Source of the DNA: Eledone cirrhosa
Taxonomy: Eukaryota
DNA: 64,000 bases
Assembly: GCA_964016885.1 (NCBI GenBank)
Contig: OZ024740.1
Location: 359,538,001-359,602,000, forward strand
Direction: 5' to 3'
Below are positions 23,085 through 37,169 of the stretch, in pieces (position 1 is the first letter of the stretch; each line of letters opens with the position of its first letter). The position numbers and the translations under genes were made by a program. The notes below the pieces were generated by a model. The model was not told the DNA's origin. It did no database searches and worked only from the letters and a program-made list of their open reading frames with translations.

Positions 23085-25160
23085 GGGTTATGTGGTGGTG
23101 GAATGATATGGTAGATAGAGCCATAAAAACATGAAAACCAAAAAAACAAGCCAGAAGTCTGTAGGAAATAAGGAGACAGAAAGCGATACCAAATAGCTAG
23201 AAGAAAGGCCAGGTGCCCAGAATACCTAGCAAGGAGAGAGATAGAAAAGAAAAGGTTTGCATCATGAACATCAGAGGCATGAAGTATTCCAGATTGTGAG
23301 ACAGTGAGCTAGAGAAAATGATGATGTGGTTGAGGAAAAGTGTGTCTGGATGATAGTGGAGCACTTGCCTTGTCTGATGCTAAAACGAAAGAGGCATGTA
23401 AGACTTACTATGAGAGGCTGCTGAACAAATAAAATATATGGGACAGCAAAGGACTACAACCTTTTTTGCTCCATGTCCCACCTCAACATCTAAAAAAATA
23501 TTAATGTCCCCCTTTGATATAAAAACAACTCCAAAGTGTAAACAAACTGCTCATAGGTGCTGCCAGATACCCGATAACATGTATAATTGGAAGTTTGGTT
23601 GTATTATATCACTTTGAAATTGCCCACTAATATATTCAAATTGCACCCCACATTGGGAATCACTGGACTGGAACGATAAATGTTGACAACAGTGTAATAG
23701 ATAAAGCAATTAAGGACATGAAGGTAGAGAAGGCAGCTGGACCATCTGGTATAGTTGCTGAGATGCTACAATCTGACATGGTAAGATATGAGCTAATAGG
23801 AAGGTATCATACCAATGATTGGTGCAGCACTATGATTGTAAATTGCTACATGGGCAAAGGAGATGCAGTAGAGAGAGGTAACTACAGAGATAGTAAGTTG
23901 ATGGACCAAGTTATGAAAGTTGCTGAAAGGATTATAGCACAACTAATTAGGGACAGAATCAAATTAGATGAGATGCAGTTTGAATTTATGCCAGGTAGGA
24001 ATACCACAGATAGCTTCTTTCTGGTGTGACAAATACAGAAGTACTTAGCTAATAGTAAGCAACTCTATCTGGCATTCAAAATCTGGAGAAGGCCTTCAAT
24101 GGGGGTCCCACACTCAATAATCTGGTGAGCATTTAGAAAGCTAGGTGTAGACGAATGGCTTGAGTGAGCTGTGCAAACCATGATAAAAGTGCAAACAGGA
24201 AAGGGAAAGCTGGCAATAAGTACAGTGATGAATTTGAAGTGCAGATGGGAATCCACCAGGGCTCAGTCCTCAATTCATTTCTGTTTATCATTGTCCTTCA
24301 GGCCATGACTGAAGAGTTTAAAACTAACACTCTATTGGAACTCCAGTATGCTGATGACCTCATCTTTATAGCTAAATCTGTTGGAGATTTAGAGGTAAAA
24401 TTTCAAGCATGGAAGAACTTAGAGTTGAAAAGCTTAAAATTAAACTTAGCGAAGATGACAGTCTTTATAAATATGAAAGATGACAGGAATCTGATACCAT
24501 CAGGGAAGTGGCCTTGTTCAATACATCGGAATGGGGGTGGACAGAAATTCCATAAGGTGCACACAGTCTAATCTGTGGATGCACAAGAGATATAGTAGTG
24601 TTGCGGGCAGGCTAATGGAAAAGATAGACTTTATATGCAGCAGTTGTACAGGAGAGGTAAGCAATAAGAACACACATGACCAAATTAGCAATGGGAGAAG
24701 ATGCTCTGAAAGTGTGACAGCCAGGATAAGAAGAGGCTGGAAGAAATTTAGAAAGCTGTTGCCTCTGCTGACAACAAAGGGCTTTTTCAGAGTGAAGAGT
24801 AGACTGTATGATACCTGCATGCAAACTGCAATGATACATAGCAATGAAACATGGGACTTGACCTCAGAAGACCTACGATAGTTATAAAGAAATGAAACGA
24901 GTACTGCCTGAAGGATGTATAATGTTAGTGTGCATGAACGACATAGCATAAGTGAACTGAGAGAAAAACTCAGTATAAGAGGAATTAAATGTAGTGTGCA
25001 AGAAAGAAGACTGCATTGGTATGGACATGTGATAGAAAATGGCATCTGCTTAAAAATTGCAGAGAAATCCCAGTGGCTGGGACCCATGGAAAGAGCAAAC
25101 CCAGGAAGACTTGGGATGAGGTAGTGAAAACTGACCTTAAGAAAAACCTCTCAACAGAGA
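23085..25160 (+). mobile_element. Decayed RTE-clade LINE (RT and 3' region)
   Basis: KAAGPSGIVAEML, RGNYR, DEMQFEFMPGRNTTD, HQGSVL, LQYADDL, WPCS, RLHWYGHV, with many stops and frameshifts. Confidence 0.9.
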
Positions 25161-26040
25161 TGACGAATTTGTGGTTTTGTTTCATAGAACTAGAACAGAT
25201 TTTTGGCTGGTTGGTACCAAAATATCTAATGATATCTGGAAGAATGAAAGACAAAGTTGACTCCTCCAGGATTTGAACTAACATAAAGAGTAGTGGTTAA
25301 ATACCACAAGACATTTAGTCTGGCAGAACAGATCTGCGATTCCCCCTTAATAATTATTATTATCATTGTTTTTGCATCTTTTTTTCCATGCTGGCATGGG
25401 TTCGACCAAACTTTTTGAGGCAACCTTTTGCAGCCAGATGTTCTTTCAAAGACCAACATTTTAGGGATATGGTGTACCTGTTCTAAACTGGATATACACA
25501 ACTAATAATGATAGCGTTAATATTTAATATCATTATATAATTTTAGTAAGTGGGGAAAAAAGACAGGATCATGATCACATCAAGGAAGTGGCCTTAGAAA
25601 AGGAGTAGGCAGAAACTCTATACAATGTAAATCTTTGGTGTACAAAAGGTTTCATGGGGTAGCAGTGAAATAAGCTTTTTCCAGCCCTAGGAGAGTTCCA
25701 TAGAAGTGGTTGATATCTTCTGCTACCTAGGTAATATAATTAGCAGTGGATTATGCTGTTTTGAGAGCATAGTAGCAAGAGTAAGGACAGGATGGAAAAA
25801 GTTCAGAGTTACTACTTCTGTTGACAACAAAAATTGTACATGACTCTGTATGTGGTATGTGTGTGTGTATGTATATGTGGTGTGTGTGTGTGTGTGCATT
25901 GGATTGTTATAGTTCAGTAAGTAGCCAATATATTTTCTTTTATTTATTAGTGTGTTGTCTGTGTGTGTGATTTGTGTGTGTAACAATGGCTATTTATTCC
26001 CTTCTCTGTTCAGGTACAGAGGGTCATGTGATAACATAGT

Positions 26041-26258
26041 AATAACTGTTTCTACTTTAGGCACAAGGCCAGCAATTTGAAGGGGAAGGGAAAGTCGATT
26101 AGATTGACCCAGTGCTTTACTGGTGCTTTATTTTATTGACCCGTAAGGATGAAAGGCAAAGCTAACCTTGGTGATATTTGAACTCAGAACGTAAAGGGCC
26201 GTAGCTTTATGCCGCTAAGCATGTTGTCCTATGCTCTACCAATTCTGCCAATCCATCG
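26041..26258 (-). mobile_element. tRNA-derived SINE (older, longer subfamily)
   Basis: Same head and core as the dominant SINE plus a GTCGATT..CCCC segment. Similar copies at 52110..52326 (-) and 53535..53745 (+). Confidence 0.8.
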
Positions 26259-29200
26259 CCCAATGTGATAACATAATAATAACTGCAGTAGTACTCTGCT
26301 GTTTGAAAAAATAATTTTCATTTGATTTACAAAGGTAAAAACATTAAGATTCAGTTTCAGTTTCAGGAATCCCTAGAAATGAAGAAGTACTGTTTCTTTG
26401 TACAATTTCATTTAATTTTTTTTAAAAACATTTACACCAAATAAATATATATCAAACTGTTTTTTAACTATTTCTCCATTACAAAGAATATAAATGTTGT
26501 GTTTCTAATATTTTTTTTTGTTTTGTTTTTTAAACAATATTACTTTATTCACAGTCGTATAAATAACATTACAAATTGTTCACAATTCTTTCAGAATGAA
26601 AATGTAAACACAAATATAAACACATATAATAAATACAATTAACTATTGTTAGGAAATATAACGTACCAAAATATACGGCCAGAGCTAAAGAGAAAAAAAG
26701 AGTGAAAGCAAAAACAAAAACGACCTTCAATTCACCACCGTGTGCGACAATTGGCCACACATCATAAGAATCAATGGAATATTTTCAGGCAAGCCAATAA
26801 GCACGCAACTTTACTATGGATGGTGGCATGGATAAGGAGCTGAAACAGCCAGGTACCCTCACGGACATCACCTGACACCTCAGTAGAGAGAGTGCCAATG
26901 ATGACAACAACTTCTCTGTCACGGCCCAACTCCAGTAAATATCTCGAATGTTTAGTGGAGTTGATGCCTAATTTAAAATGCTCAAGACATGCCATGTATC
27001 AGTAGAAGCATTTACCAGGGTGTAGATGAAAACATCTTCCAGACCAGGAAACGGGAGTCAGGTGAGAACCAGTGTACCTGTCCATCTCTAAGGATGCTGC
27101 TGCCATACATCAAGATACCTCGATTTTGAGATGAGTCTTTAAATCTTGGCTAATGGTACATTCAGTATTGAAATATCACTTCTTCATATCACTTCTACAT
27201 ATCACTTCACTCTATTTTCAAAGGAATATTAGATAATGCTATGTCCACTATTGAATAATGCCATCCACTGACAAAATCCCTAAAAACCCAAATCAAAAAA
27301 CGTTTAAGACTTATAACAAAAGTTTAATTTAATATAAATTGCATACCTATAAATTTGTAAAATGAAAGATTCATTATTTTCCTCAAGTCAGATCGGTCTT
27401 CCATATGTTCTGATCCACTAGCAATTTGCCACTGGTACTAAAAAGGTTCAATGTGACAGGTCTAATTGACATGTTAGTAAAAAAAATGCAGAAAAAATTC
27501 TTCTTTTTTTGTTCATTTAATGTGTGAATTCTTAATGCATATATTAGAATAAAAAGCAAAGGACTGAAAAAAGTAAAAAGGATTCCTTATGAAGTTGGTT
27601 CATTATTGTATCGAAAATTTCACTTCAAGATGAAAAAGAAAAACAAAATTTGCATTCCCAATGATAAAACCATATCATAAACAGGTAATATAATAAGAAC
27701 CTGCAAAAATTCCTTCAATTGTATTAAGCAATGTGGGCCAATTATTGTATATAGAACTTGTCAGATAAATATTCGTAGATTGTTTTCAACCAGACTACAT
27801 ACCTAATTTATGGTAAGTAAACTTTTTTTCGCCTTTAAGATTTTAATTTACTGTTTGTTGTAAGAATTTATATTTCATACTTCTAAAGTTTTTGTTTTAT
27901 TTCTCCATTTGTTGCTTTCAATAGATATTTCTAAAGCTGTCATATTGTATTTAAAAATATTTTCTCAAGAGAAAACTATTTTTCTTTCAATTAGTGTTAA
28001 AACATATTTTACAAATCGATACTCTGCAAAATGCTTATTATATTATAAAGGCATATGAGTTTGCAATAAGAAAATAATTCATTGGAATTGAAAAGTTAAA
28101 AGTTCTTATTTCATCTAGATGAATGAACGACACATTTAACACATACAATAAAAGAATGATATGTTTTATATTTATCTTTAAAATATATTGGTGAAGTGGC
28201 AAATTTTTTTGAGCATCGAGCAAAAGTACCATGAGTATTTATTCCAGAGCTTTTTTTTTCCACTCTTTTAGGGTCAATAAAATAAAGTACCTGTCCATGT
28301 GGGTAGATTGGCAAAAATGTTAATCTAACGGACAATATGCTATGCAGTATTTGTTCTGATTCTTTGTGCTCTAAGTTCAAATCCCACTATAGCCTACTTG
28401 GGTGATGGGCTTAATCCAATTAATACTGCTACCTGGTCTTGGATGTATTTTAACATAGTCTATTCTGTTGCCAGCATTTGGGCCATATTTCCAGTTTGAA
28501 GATACCTTCACTTCTCCCTCCTAACATTCTCAGAGATGCTTGCAAAAAAAAAAAAATTTGAATACTGCCCTCTTCTCACTGACTGAAATAGTAAAATATA
28601 AAATCCTCTTTAGCACATCTGCTGATCGAAAATTTACTTCTGGACATGAAACAACCTTACAACATTAATCTGTTTATTTACTACCATGACAAAGTGAAGA
28701 AAATTAAAGGTTTCCTGAACATTGTGTTCTTTGGGTGAAACATTCACAAACAAGTATTTTGCTATTACTATATGAGATATAGTTGTCCAAGCGAGACAGG
28801 TAAAATAAATTAGATTAGATTAGTACAAAGATAAATCAGATGAGAGATATTAAAATGTTAACTATATATCTAAACCCATGCTAGCATGGAAGATAGACGT
28901 TAAACGATGATGATGATGATGATATCAGATTGGTCTTGTAGTAATCTAAGCAATATCCCTATGCGATTGATGAAATAGTTTTAGATTATTAAGATGTGTT
29001 GCCATATCTAACAAGCAAAATAACTTCTAAGAATTCAGGTAGCTAGCAATAATTACTAAGTACTCTTGAAGGCAATAATTTAAAATCTACTTTATTTAGT
29101 TGTGCATTCAACTACTTAAAATATCCATACACCAAAATTATTTTGTTTTGGTTTGCTCTATTCAACGTTTGCATGTATGATAAGGTATTAAGAAGTTGTT

Positions 29201-30119
29201 AATCCCCATTCAAAGCCAAACCTTATACATCATTATGTAATGAAAAATATAATAAATTTGCCTTTGAAAGCCCAAGGACCTTTTAAAAGCTGGTCCATAG
29301 CTCAGGTTTCATAGCACAACCAAAACGCTGCAGCAAATATAAAAACCAAAAACTGCAGCAGCATCACCAACACCAGCAACAACAGCAACACCAACAGTAA
29401 CAGCAGAAGCATCACCACAACCACTAATAACAGAAAGAAAAATAACAGACGTCAGAAGCACCCAGATGTCTCCTTTTCCCTCTCCTTCTACTTCTCTCTT
29501 TCCATTTCCTCTAAACACAAACACACTCCCACACATATATGAGACAGATTCTGCAGACAGCGATACCTCCTCATCTCAAAGTGAATATGAAGAGGAACCC
29601 CAAAAACCAAAAAGAAAAAAGAAAGCACAAAAAATAAACATATTGTCTCACACCAACACAGCAGAAAACAAAGCCACGAATACTGAAATATTTACAATAA
29701 TATCAATTCCACCAGCCATCAACACCTCCAATGAAGATTTCCAGCACCACCAACACAACCACAGCCACAACAACCCACAAGAAGAAAATACACACAAAAA
29801 CAACAACCAACTACACAGACACCAAACTTCCTGCTAATGAAGCGAGCCAACCAAGAATTGATGCCCCTCATAGCACAAAGTGAGGAGAATGAAGGAGTAG
29901 GAGAATTTTATGGTACAAGAACATTTAAATTACCACGAACATTAATGATGGTGCATATATCTCTTGAGAGTTACAAAAGCATTAGGGAGAGCTTCCCCAG
30001 TGATGTGGGAACGCTTAATGTAAAAACACCAAAGTGACCCCAACCAGATATGGTGGTCGAACCACCAGATCTCCAACAGCACCTGGGGTGTATGTATGCC
30101 CCCATTTTCCTCTTAACTC

Positions 30120-30930
30120 TTCCTGACCAACATACTAATTTTAAGAGTAGGTTGCATAAATGTATGTGGCCTAATGTTGTCCTGAAAGCAAGGTCGCATG
30201 CTCAATGACCCCAGGTCACTAGCAATAGATGTGACTGCCATCAGCAAGACCAGGATTGCCAATATGTATGCACTAGCCCCCATGTTTGACAACTTTGAAA
30301 TCTACGCTCTTAGTCATCATGGAATGGAAGGTGGGGCTGGAGTGCTATTTAGGAAAGGTTTGGTTCTCATGATATGGACAGTCTTCCTGAACAGATGGAT
30401 ATGAGCAATAGTGAAGGTGGTACTTTTAGAATAGTGCCATCTATTCTCCTAGTGAAGTAGGACGGCTGGATTTTACAGACATCTGGAAGTCTTTCTTGGA
30501 ATGTTTCACCCTTTATTGTTAGCAGGCGACTGGAACAGCATCTAAACACATGTTGCGACTGTGAGGAAGTAGCCAAGATACGCGGGGGGAGCAAAAGCCT
30601 CAAGAACCTGATCAGACAATTCCAACTATCTGACAGGTACTGACTAGATTTCTTTAATGCGCTAGTTTGGACATGTAGCAATCACATATGGTCATCTAGA
30701 TCGAATTTAGATATGTTTGTCATCAGGTTAGCAAATATAAATTGCGTAGGGTGCCCCAACTACAAACAGTCACCTATTTAAACCACAAATTTGTAATCTG
30801 CATGGTTGACCTAGCTAGAAGACGTAGACAGGGTCCTGGTTCCTGCAAGCTTAACGCATTGTTCCCAGGAGCGTAAAGTCTACAAAAAGAGGATTAGCAC
30901 ATTAGTTAAGAGACAGAGAGTAGAACCAAT
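30120..30930 (+). mobile_element. Decayed L1/Tx1-like LINE APE endonuclease fragment
   Basis: GCINVCGL, DVTAISKTR, GGAGVLFRK, LLLAGDWN, WTCSN, LD and HK motifs across frames. Confidence 0.65.
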
Positions 30931-31164
30931 AGCTGTCCTCTTCTTCATCCCCACCCTCCATGCTTTACCTGTTATTATTCATTCAGCCCCTTACCAACGC
31001 CCAACTTGCTGTACCAAGTTATGTAAGTTATAGAAAAGCTTGTTGCAAAATTTATCAAAAATTGATCAGTAGCAGCTTTAAAGCAGATAAAATGCAGTTT
31101 GGTTTGGGACTACCAATGCCATCTTCCTAGTTTGATAGCTACTACAATAAGCCAATATACTTAA

Positions 31165-32140
31165 CATTAGTCCATCTGGGGAAGGCCTTTGATAAGCTTT
31201 ATGGCCTAATGGGCACTAAAGAAGCTAGTTATTGATAAATGGTTGGTAATGACTGTACAAGCCATGTACAGATGTACAATCAGCTGACTAAGAGTCTGAA
31301 ATGAGTCATCATCATCATTTTACATCCGCTTTTCCCTGCTTGCAAGGCTGGGATGGGAACTGATTCTGGCTTGATTTCTACAGCTGGATGCCCTTCCTAA
31401 CACCAACCTCATTTACAGTGAGTGCTGGATGCTTTTTTTCCGTGGCGCCTACACGTCCACTTTACAGTGTGGGCTGGGTGCTTTTTTGCCATGGCACCTC
31501 CACGACCACTTTGCAGTGGAATGATAGAGACCCCAGTCCTATCATCTCATTTCTACAGCTGAGTAAACTGGAGCAATGTGAAATAAAGTGTCTTGCTCAA
31601 GGAAACAACACATCACCTGGTCTGAGAATTGAATTCACAACCTTTCGATTGCAAGCCCAATGCTCTAGCCAGTAAGCCATGCGCCTTCATACTAAGTGCA
31701 GTGATGAATTTAGCATGCAAGGATCCATCAAGGCTTAAGCCTCATCCATCTACTTTTTATTATAGTCTCTCAGGCCATAACAGAAGCATCTAACATTAGC
31801 TGTTCATGGGAACTTCTTTATTCAGATGACCTAGCTCTCATAACTTAATCTCTAGAAGAGTTAATGAGGAAATTCAAGATAATGGAAGCAAAATCTGGAA
31901 TTGAAAGAATTCAAAATAAACTTGAAAGACTAATGTTTCAGTAAAGGGGAAGAAAGACAGGACCCCTATACCTTCAGGAAAGTAGTCTTGCTCAATATGC
32001 AGAATAAGAGTAAGCATAAATTTCATACAGTGGAGTAAGTGTTATCTATGGACACACGAAAGATGTAGTGGTATTACAGGTAGGCTGAGTAAAAAGTAGA
32101 CTTCATATATATATGATAGATGCTTAGGAGTAGTTAATAG
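31165..32140 (+). mobile_element. Decayed RTE LINE RT fragment interrupted by SINEs (31306..31690)
   Basis: KAFD, HQG, ELLYSDDLAL motifs, collinear with 24070..24650. Confidence 0.75.
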
Positions 32141-35100
32141 AGTTTATTTTCATTTTCTAACATTCAGCTATATTTTGAAATTACCATCAGAAAATTCAAA
32201 ACTCATTCACACAAACAATACATACATCATTTATATGAAGCTGAGTGGCACAATAATAGAAGGGCCAGAACATACTATGAGGGCTTCTATTTTGACCTTA
32301 AGAGAAATTGAAATCTGCACAAGCTATTAAAGTATTCATATAGTGCTCCCACTACTGAACTTACGAGAATAGACAATCATGAGACTAATGTAAGTCAATA
32401 ATGTAAGCAGTTGTATATTTACCTGTGCATGGCATGTAACTTGAACAATGAACAAGCTGCTAACATATACAGTACTTTATATGTCAGTAGTCATTCTAAT
32501 GGCATGCTTCTCAACTTTGTTGTCACTCAGTCATGAAATGTTTCACTGTAAATTTCAAGAAATGATACATTAAATTCATAATGTAATGAATAATGAATAA
32601 ATAGATAACAGAACAGTAACAAGGTCATCCAGAGAACAATATCTACAGTTTGTATTGTTTTCTTAAGGGGCTATACAAAATACAATATAGATGACATGAA
32701 GGGAAAAACAATGACAGACTAGAATCTGATATAAGAAAATTAATACTTGAATCTTTTACTTTTACTTGTACAATTCTTTATTATTATTATTATGATCACA
32801 TAAATCATACATTTTATTTGATTTACACAACCAATGTTAGTCTAGAATCACAGTGAAGTTTTTGGTGGATACAAATCAATTACATTCACTGGAAAGATGA
32901 TGGAACTAGAGCCAAAATATCTGGTGCCAATAAAAAATAAATTGAAATGAGCAGTCATATGGAAAAAATGAATGCTATTACTTCTAAAAAAATAAGGCTT
33001 TGTTGATATGTGCTCACCTAAAGAGTGGTGGATTGGCAGAATAGATAGACTCTAGGATAAAATGATATTGCAGTACTTGCTCTGGCTCTTTACATTCAGA
33101 GTTCAAATCACACTAAGGTTAGCATTGCCTTTAATCAATTTCAGCCTTTCCCTAAAATTTGCTGGCCATGCTTCAATCAATATTTGTTCTCCCAGCAAAT
33201 TGTAATTTAAACCACAATATTTTACAGGAATATTAAATGACTGAAACAAATATAATTTCATATTAAATTTTCATAGCATTGACTAAATAACCACTAACTT
33301 TAATTACATCAAATGCTTCAAGATGATTAAGAGTTAAATGACTGAGTTTTTCAAGTACATGTATACACACAGAAAAAGAAATCTATTCACAAATAAAAGC
33401 AATTTTAAATAATCTACTGCTATCTTTTGATGCAAATTTAAAATATCATTTATTACTTTATCTAAAACTTTTCTACTTTTTCTCCCTCAAGACATGTTTT
33501 TTTCACAAATTGCTTGTAGCTTAATTGCTGCTGGGATATTTTCCATTAGAATGACTGTTCTATGCATGTGTGTTTTTATTTTTTATTTTATCTATATTTG
33601 CTTTATGAGCTGAAGAAAAAAAATCAAATGACTTGACCTTTTTCTTATTGATTAATAGCTTAAAATGTATCTTGTTTTTTATGACATTCAAACATTTAAG
33701 ACAAAATTTGAAGGGGTTGTTACCACTTAATTTTCAATAAAATCAAACTGCAGAATTAAAATACCTGACATCTTAAATTCATAGTAGCATTGTTTAATAT
33801 TACAAACACAATGAAGGTGGTTACTTGCCAGAAACAACGCAGCATTCTACTAAATACAAAACTGTATTTCAGAGGAAGGAGCCCCACGAGGTGAGGTGGC
33901 TGTTGCAGTGGGTGTTGTTGGCCATAGTCCATAGGAATGCTTTTGCAGTTGTCTGTAAGGTGCAGCCCCATTACAGCCATGCCCTATGCCCAGAGCCCGA
34001 TCACCCTCCCCCTTCCCCTCCCTATTCTTCCATGACACTAGTGCCCTTTCCCTTCCTTTTCTGTTTTTTTTTTATATTTTCTTATTTTACATTCCAATTT
34101 TTGTACTTGTAAGTTTGAAGTTTAAACCATGCCAGAGATGACTTTAGATTCTTCTTCTTTCCAATAGTGACAATTCAACATTAACCTATTTATCATCCTG
34201 TTTGATCCCATTAATTTTCCATCTATGAAATATATGTAGTTCGGTTTTTTGTCCATGTGCATCTCCATATTTCATTTTATTTATTGTATATAAGTAGCAA
34301 TAATATCTAGCCTATAAGATCTAAATACAGTTTTTTTTTAAAATCAGAAATAAGCTGCAGACAATATGGCTAGGTTTGTTGTACAAATAAATTCTAAGAC
34401 CCAGTCTTCAGCAAACCATGTGCAAATGTAAAAAAAGTATGGCACAATTTCATGTCAACCAAAATATTCCAGCATCAGATAAAATTGATTAGGTGATGAA
34501 TTACAGGCCTTCAAGAAAGATGGTTTTACAAGAGATCTTGACAGCATGCCAAGTTAAGATTCATTGTGAATGCCAAGCAAAAACTTTCAAATGAAGATAA
34601 TTAATCAATTGGAGTGACATATAACAGATTGAGTTATTAACTCAATCATAGAAACAATTCAAACTATATAAGATAGCATATGTTAAGTGTAAAACCACAC
34701 AAATATCTTCAAATAACTATATATTCTGACCGTTCACAAGGGGAATTCAATAATTTTTTTAATCAGGTTTTTAACTAGCTAATTACCTTCCTGACTTTCT
34801 TAATTAATAATACAACAATTTCAAAGACTTGAATAGTAGATTGAACAGAGCCACCAGGAAAATGAATAATCTACAAAATCTCTAAGAAATTATAAACTCC
34901 AATAACTCAGTGAACATATTGGCTACAACTCTAAAAACAATAGATTTGGCATACTTTGTGGCTCTAACAATCTACCCAGCATTTTTGCCAGCACAGAATA
35001 ATTCGGTAATTACACTTCTATGGTTTAAGTCTTTATTAACATTCAAAGTTTGTTCAATCTGATATAAAAAATAGTACAAGTGATTATTAAAGCTGGTAAT

Positions 35101-35212
35101 ATTTAAAATTTAGGCTCCAGCAAAATCTATACAATTAGAAATAGTCATTTGAAACTTGTCCCAATTTACTTGTTACACCCTGTATATGTGTGTGTGTGTG
35201 TGTATATATATA

Positions 35213-35410
35213 TAACAAAGAAGGTGTGGTAAGATACCAGGTGAACCATAACGCACCAGAGTACTCAATACTTAGGGTAGTAGAGTGGGAAATAGGAAAA
35301 GAGTCAGGACCCTGACAGCTGAGTTCCGGCCGTTTTGACAGCTAGATCCAAGTGTGGATCTAGCTGTCGAAACACGGCCGGAGCTCAGCCATCAGAGTCC
35401 TGACTCTTTT

Positions 35411-35414
<4 letters not shown>
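35213..35414 (-). mobile_element. Short PLE-type terminal element folded into a ~120-bp palindrome
   Basis: 35292..35414 is a near-perfect inverted repeat. The tail has the bulged hairpin at 35263..35286. A diverged relative lies at 38946..39129. Confidence 0.6.
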
Positions 35415-35472
<58 letters not shown>

Positions 35473-35636
35473 TAATATCTAGTAACATATATATACATAC
35501 AGATGCATATCAATGCTAGCAAATATATAGGTTTTGTCTTAGTAACTTTGTGGTTCAATGCATGGGGTTGCAGAACAATAATATGAGAGACGTAAAATAA
35601 GAAAATTATAAAATTAACTTACTTACTAAAATTTCA

Positions 35637-35716
35637 CTTCCAACTAATTAGTTTCTGAAATGGAATAAATATACTTTCCGAAGAAAATATAGAGAATCAT
35701 TTCGTCGTCAGGGAAG
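35637..35716 (-). ncRNA. Hammerhead ribozyme motif (inverted copy)
   Basis: Reverse complement of 36563..36642. Confidence 0.72.
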
Positions 35717-36040
35717 ACTATTCTCAGCTAAGTATCCAGGCAAAGCGAGGACACTGGAAACTTATACAAAAATAATTCAGTGGATAGAAAATAGCAAAGC
35801 GTGGACTGAATTCCTAGCCATTGAGAAAATCACTGCCTCTGCGTCGGTGGCAAATTCAAAAAGAATCAATCACGTGACATCGAGGTCAATCAGTGGAAAG
35901 TGGTTTGTTAATAAGACAGCGGCGTGCCTGTCTCAATGGCTAGGAATACAGTCCACGCTTTGCTATTTTCTATCCACTGAATTATTTTTGCATAAGTTTC
36001 CAGTGTCCTCGCTTTGCCTGGATACTTAGCTGAGAATAGT

Positions 36041-36120
36041 CTTCCCTGACGACGAAATAATTCTCTATATTTTCTTCGGAAAGTATATTTATTCCATTTC
36101 AGAAACTAATTAGTTGGAAG
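36041..36120 (+). ncRNA. Hammerhead ribozyme motif with extended stem II
   Basis: CTTCC-CTGACGA-[GAAAT..ATTTC, ~50 nt]-GAAA-C-TAATTA-G-TT-GGAAG. Confidence 0.75.
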
Positions 36121-36562
36121 TGAAATTTTAGTAAGTAAGTTAATTTTATAATTTTCTTATTTTACGTCTCTCATATTATTGTTCTGCAACCCCATGCATT
36201 GAACCACAAAGTTACTAAGACAAAACCTATATATTTGCTAGCATTGATATGCATCTGTATGTATATATATGTTACTAGATACTAATTCTTTATAATTATC
36301 TCCAAATTATTTGTCGAGCAATATTGGCCAAGACTGGTGCTATGGTAGCAGGCAGGCCGCTGTCTTATTAACAAACCACTTTCCACTGATTGACCTCGAT
36401 GTCACGTGATTGATTCTTTTTGAATTTGCCACCGACGCAGAGGCAGTGATTTTCTCAATGGCTAGGAATTCAGTCCACGCTTTGCTATTTTCTATCCACT
36501 GAATTATTTTTGTATAAGTTTCCAGTGTCCTCGCTTTGCCTGGATACTTAGCTGAGAATAGT

Positions 36563-36642
36563 CTTCCCTGACGACGAAATGATTCTCTATATTTTCTTCG
36601 GAAAGTATATTTATTCCATTTCAGAAACTAATTAGTTGGAAG
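36563..36642 (+). ncRNA. Hammerhead ribozyme motif (tandem copy)
   Basis: Same motif 522 nt downstream. Confidence 0.75.
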
Positions 36643-36688
36643 TGAAATTTTAGTAAGTAAGTTAATTTTATAATTTTCTTATTTTACG

Positions 36689-36760
<72 letters not shown>

Positions 36761-37169
36761 TTATCATCATCATCCCGCCGAGGTTAACTTTCCCTTTCAT
36801 CCTTGTTGGGGGTCGATAAAATAAAGTACCAGTAATGCACTGGGATAATTGCTGGCCTTGTGCCAAAAGTAGAAACAATTATCATCACTGTTTTACATAA
36901 ATTTTCCATGGCTTAGACAGGTTGTCATGGAGAGGCTAGACACAACTGTGTCATGCTTTTCCCATGATTTCTATGGCTGGATGCCCTTCCAAATGCCAAC
37001 CACTTCACAGCATGTACCAGATTTGTTTTCTCGTGTACTACTGCAATCACCTAACAGGGTTGACTGGGTGCATTTTCTCATGGCACCAACACTACAACTT
37101 TGCATATATATTATATGAATTTTGGGCAGAAAATCCTTATATCTATAGTCTACTTTTTGTAGTATAGAG

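Larger units (their letters stand above)
35468..36697 (+). mobile_element. ORF-less HHR element: 522-nt monomer, inverted copy plus ~1.5 tandem copies, in (TA)n
   Basis: 35468..35923 is inverted. Direct repeat period 522 (35931/36453). Three HHR copies. Confidence 0.85.

Noticed and set aside
23444-23666. Possible decayed hAT MITE inside the RTE LINE (ends TTGGGAATCACTG)
   Set aside because: The left TIR and TSD are not convincing.
26540-27150. Possible LINE 3' remnant (similar case at 33800..34110)
   Set aside because: No diagnostic protein motif recovered by eye.
29309-30040. Low-complexity ORFs upstream of the APE fragment
   Set aside because: No homology recognised. They may be decayed ORF1 sequence but are unsupported as genes.
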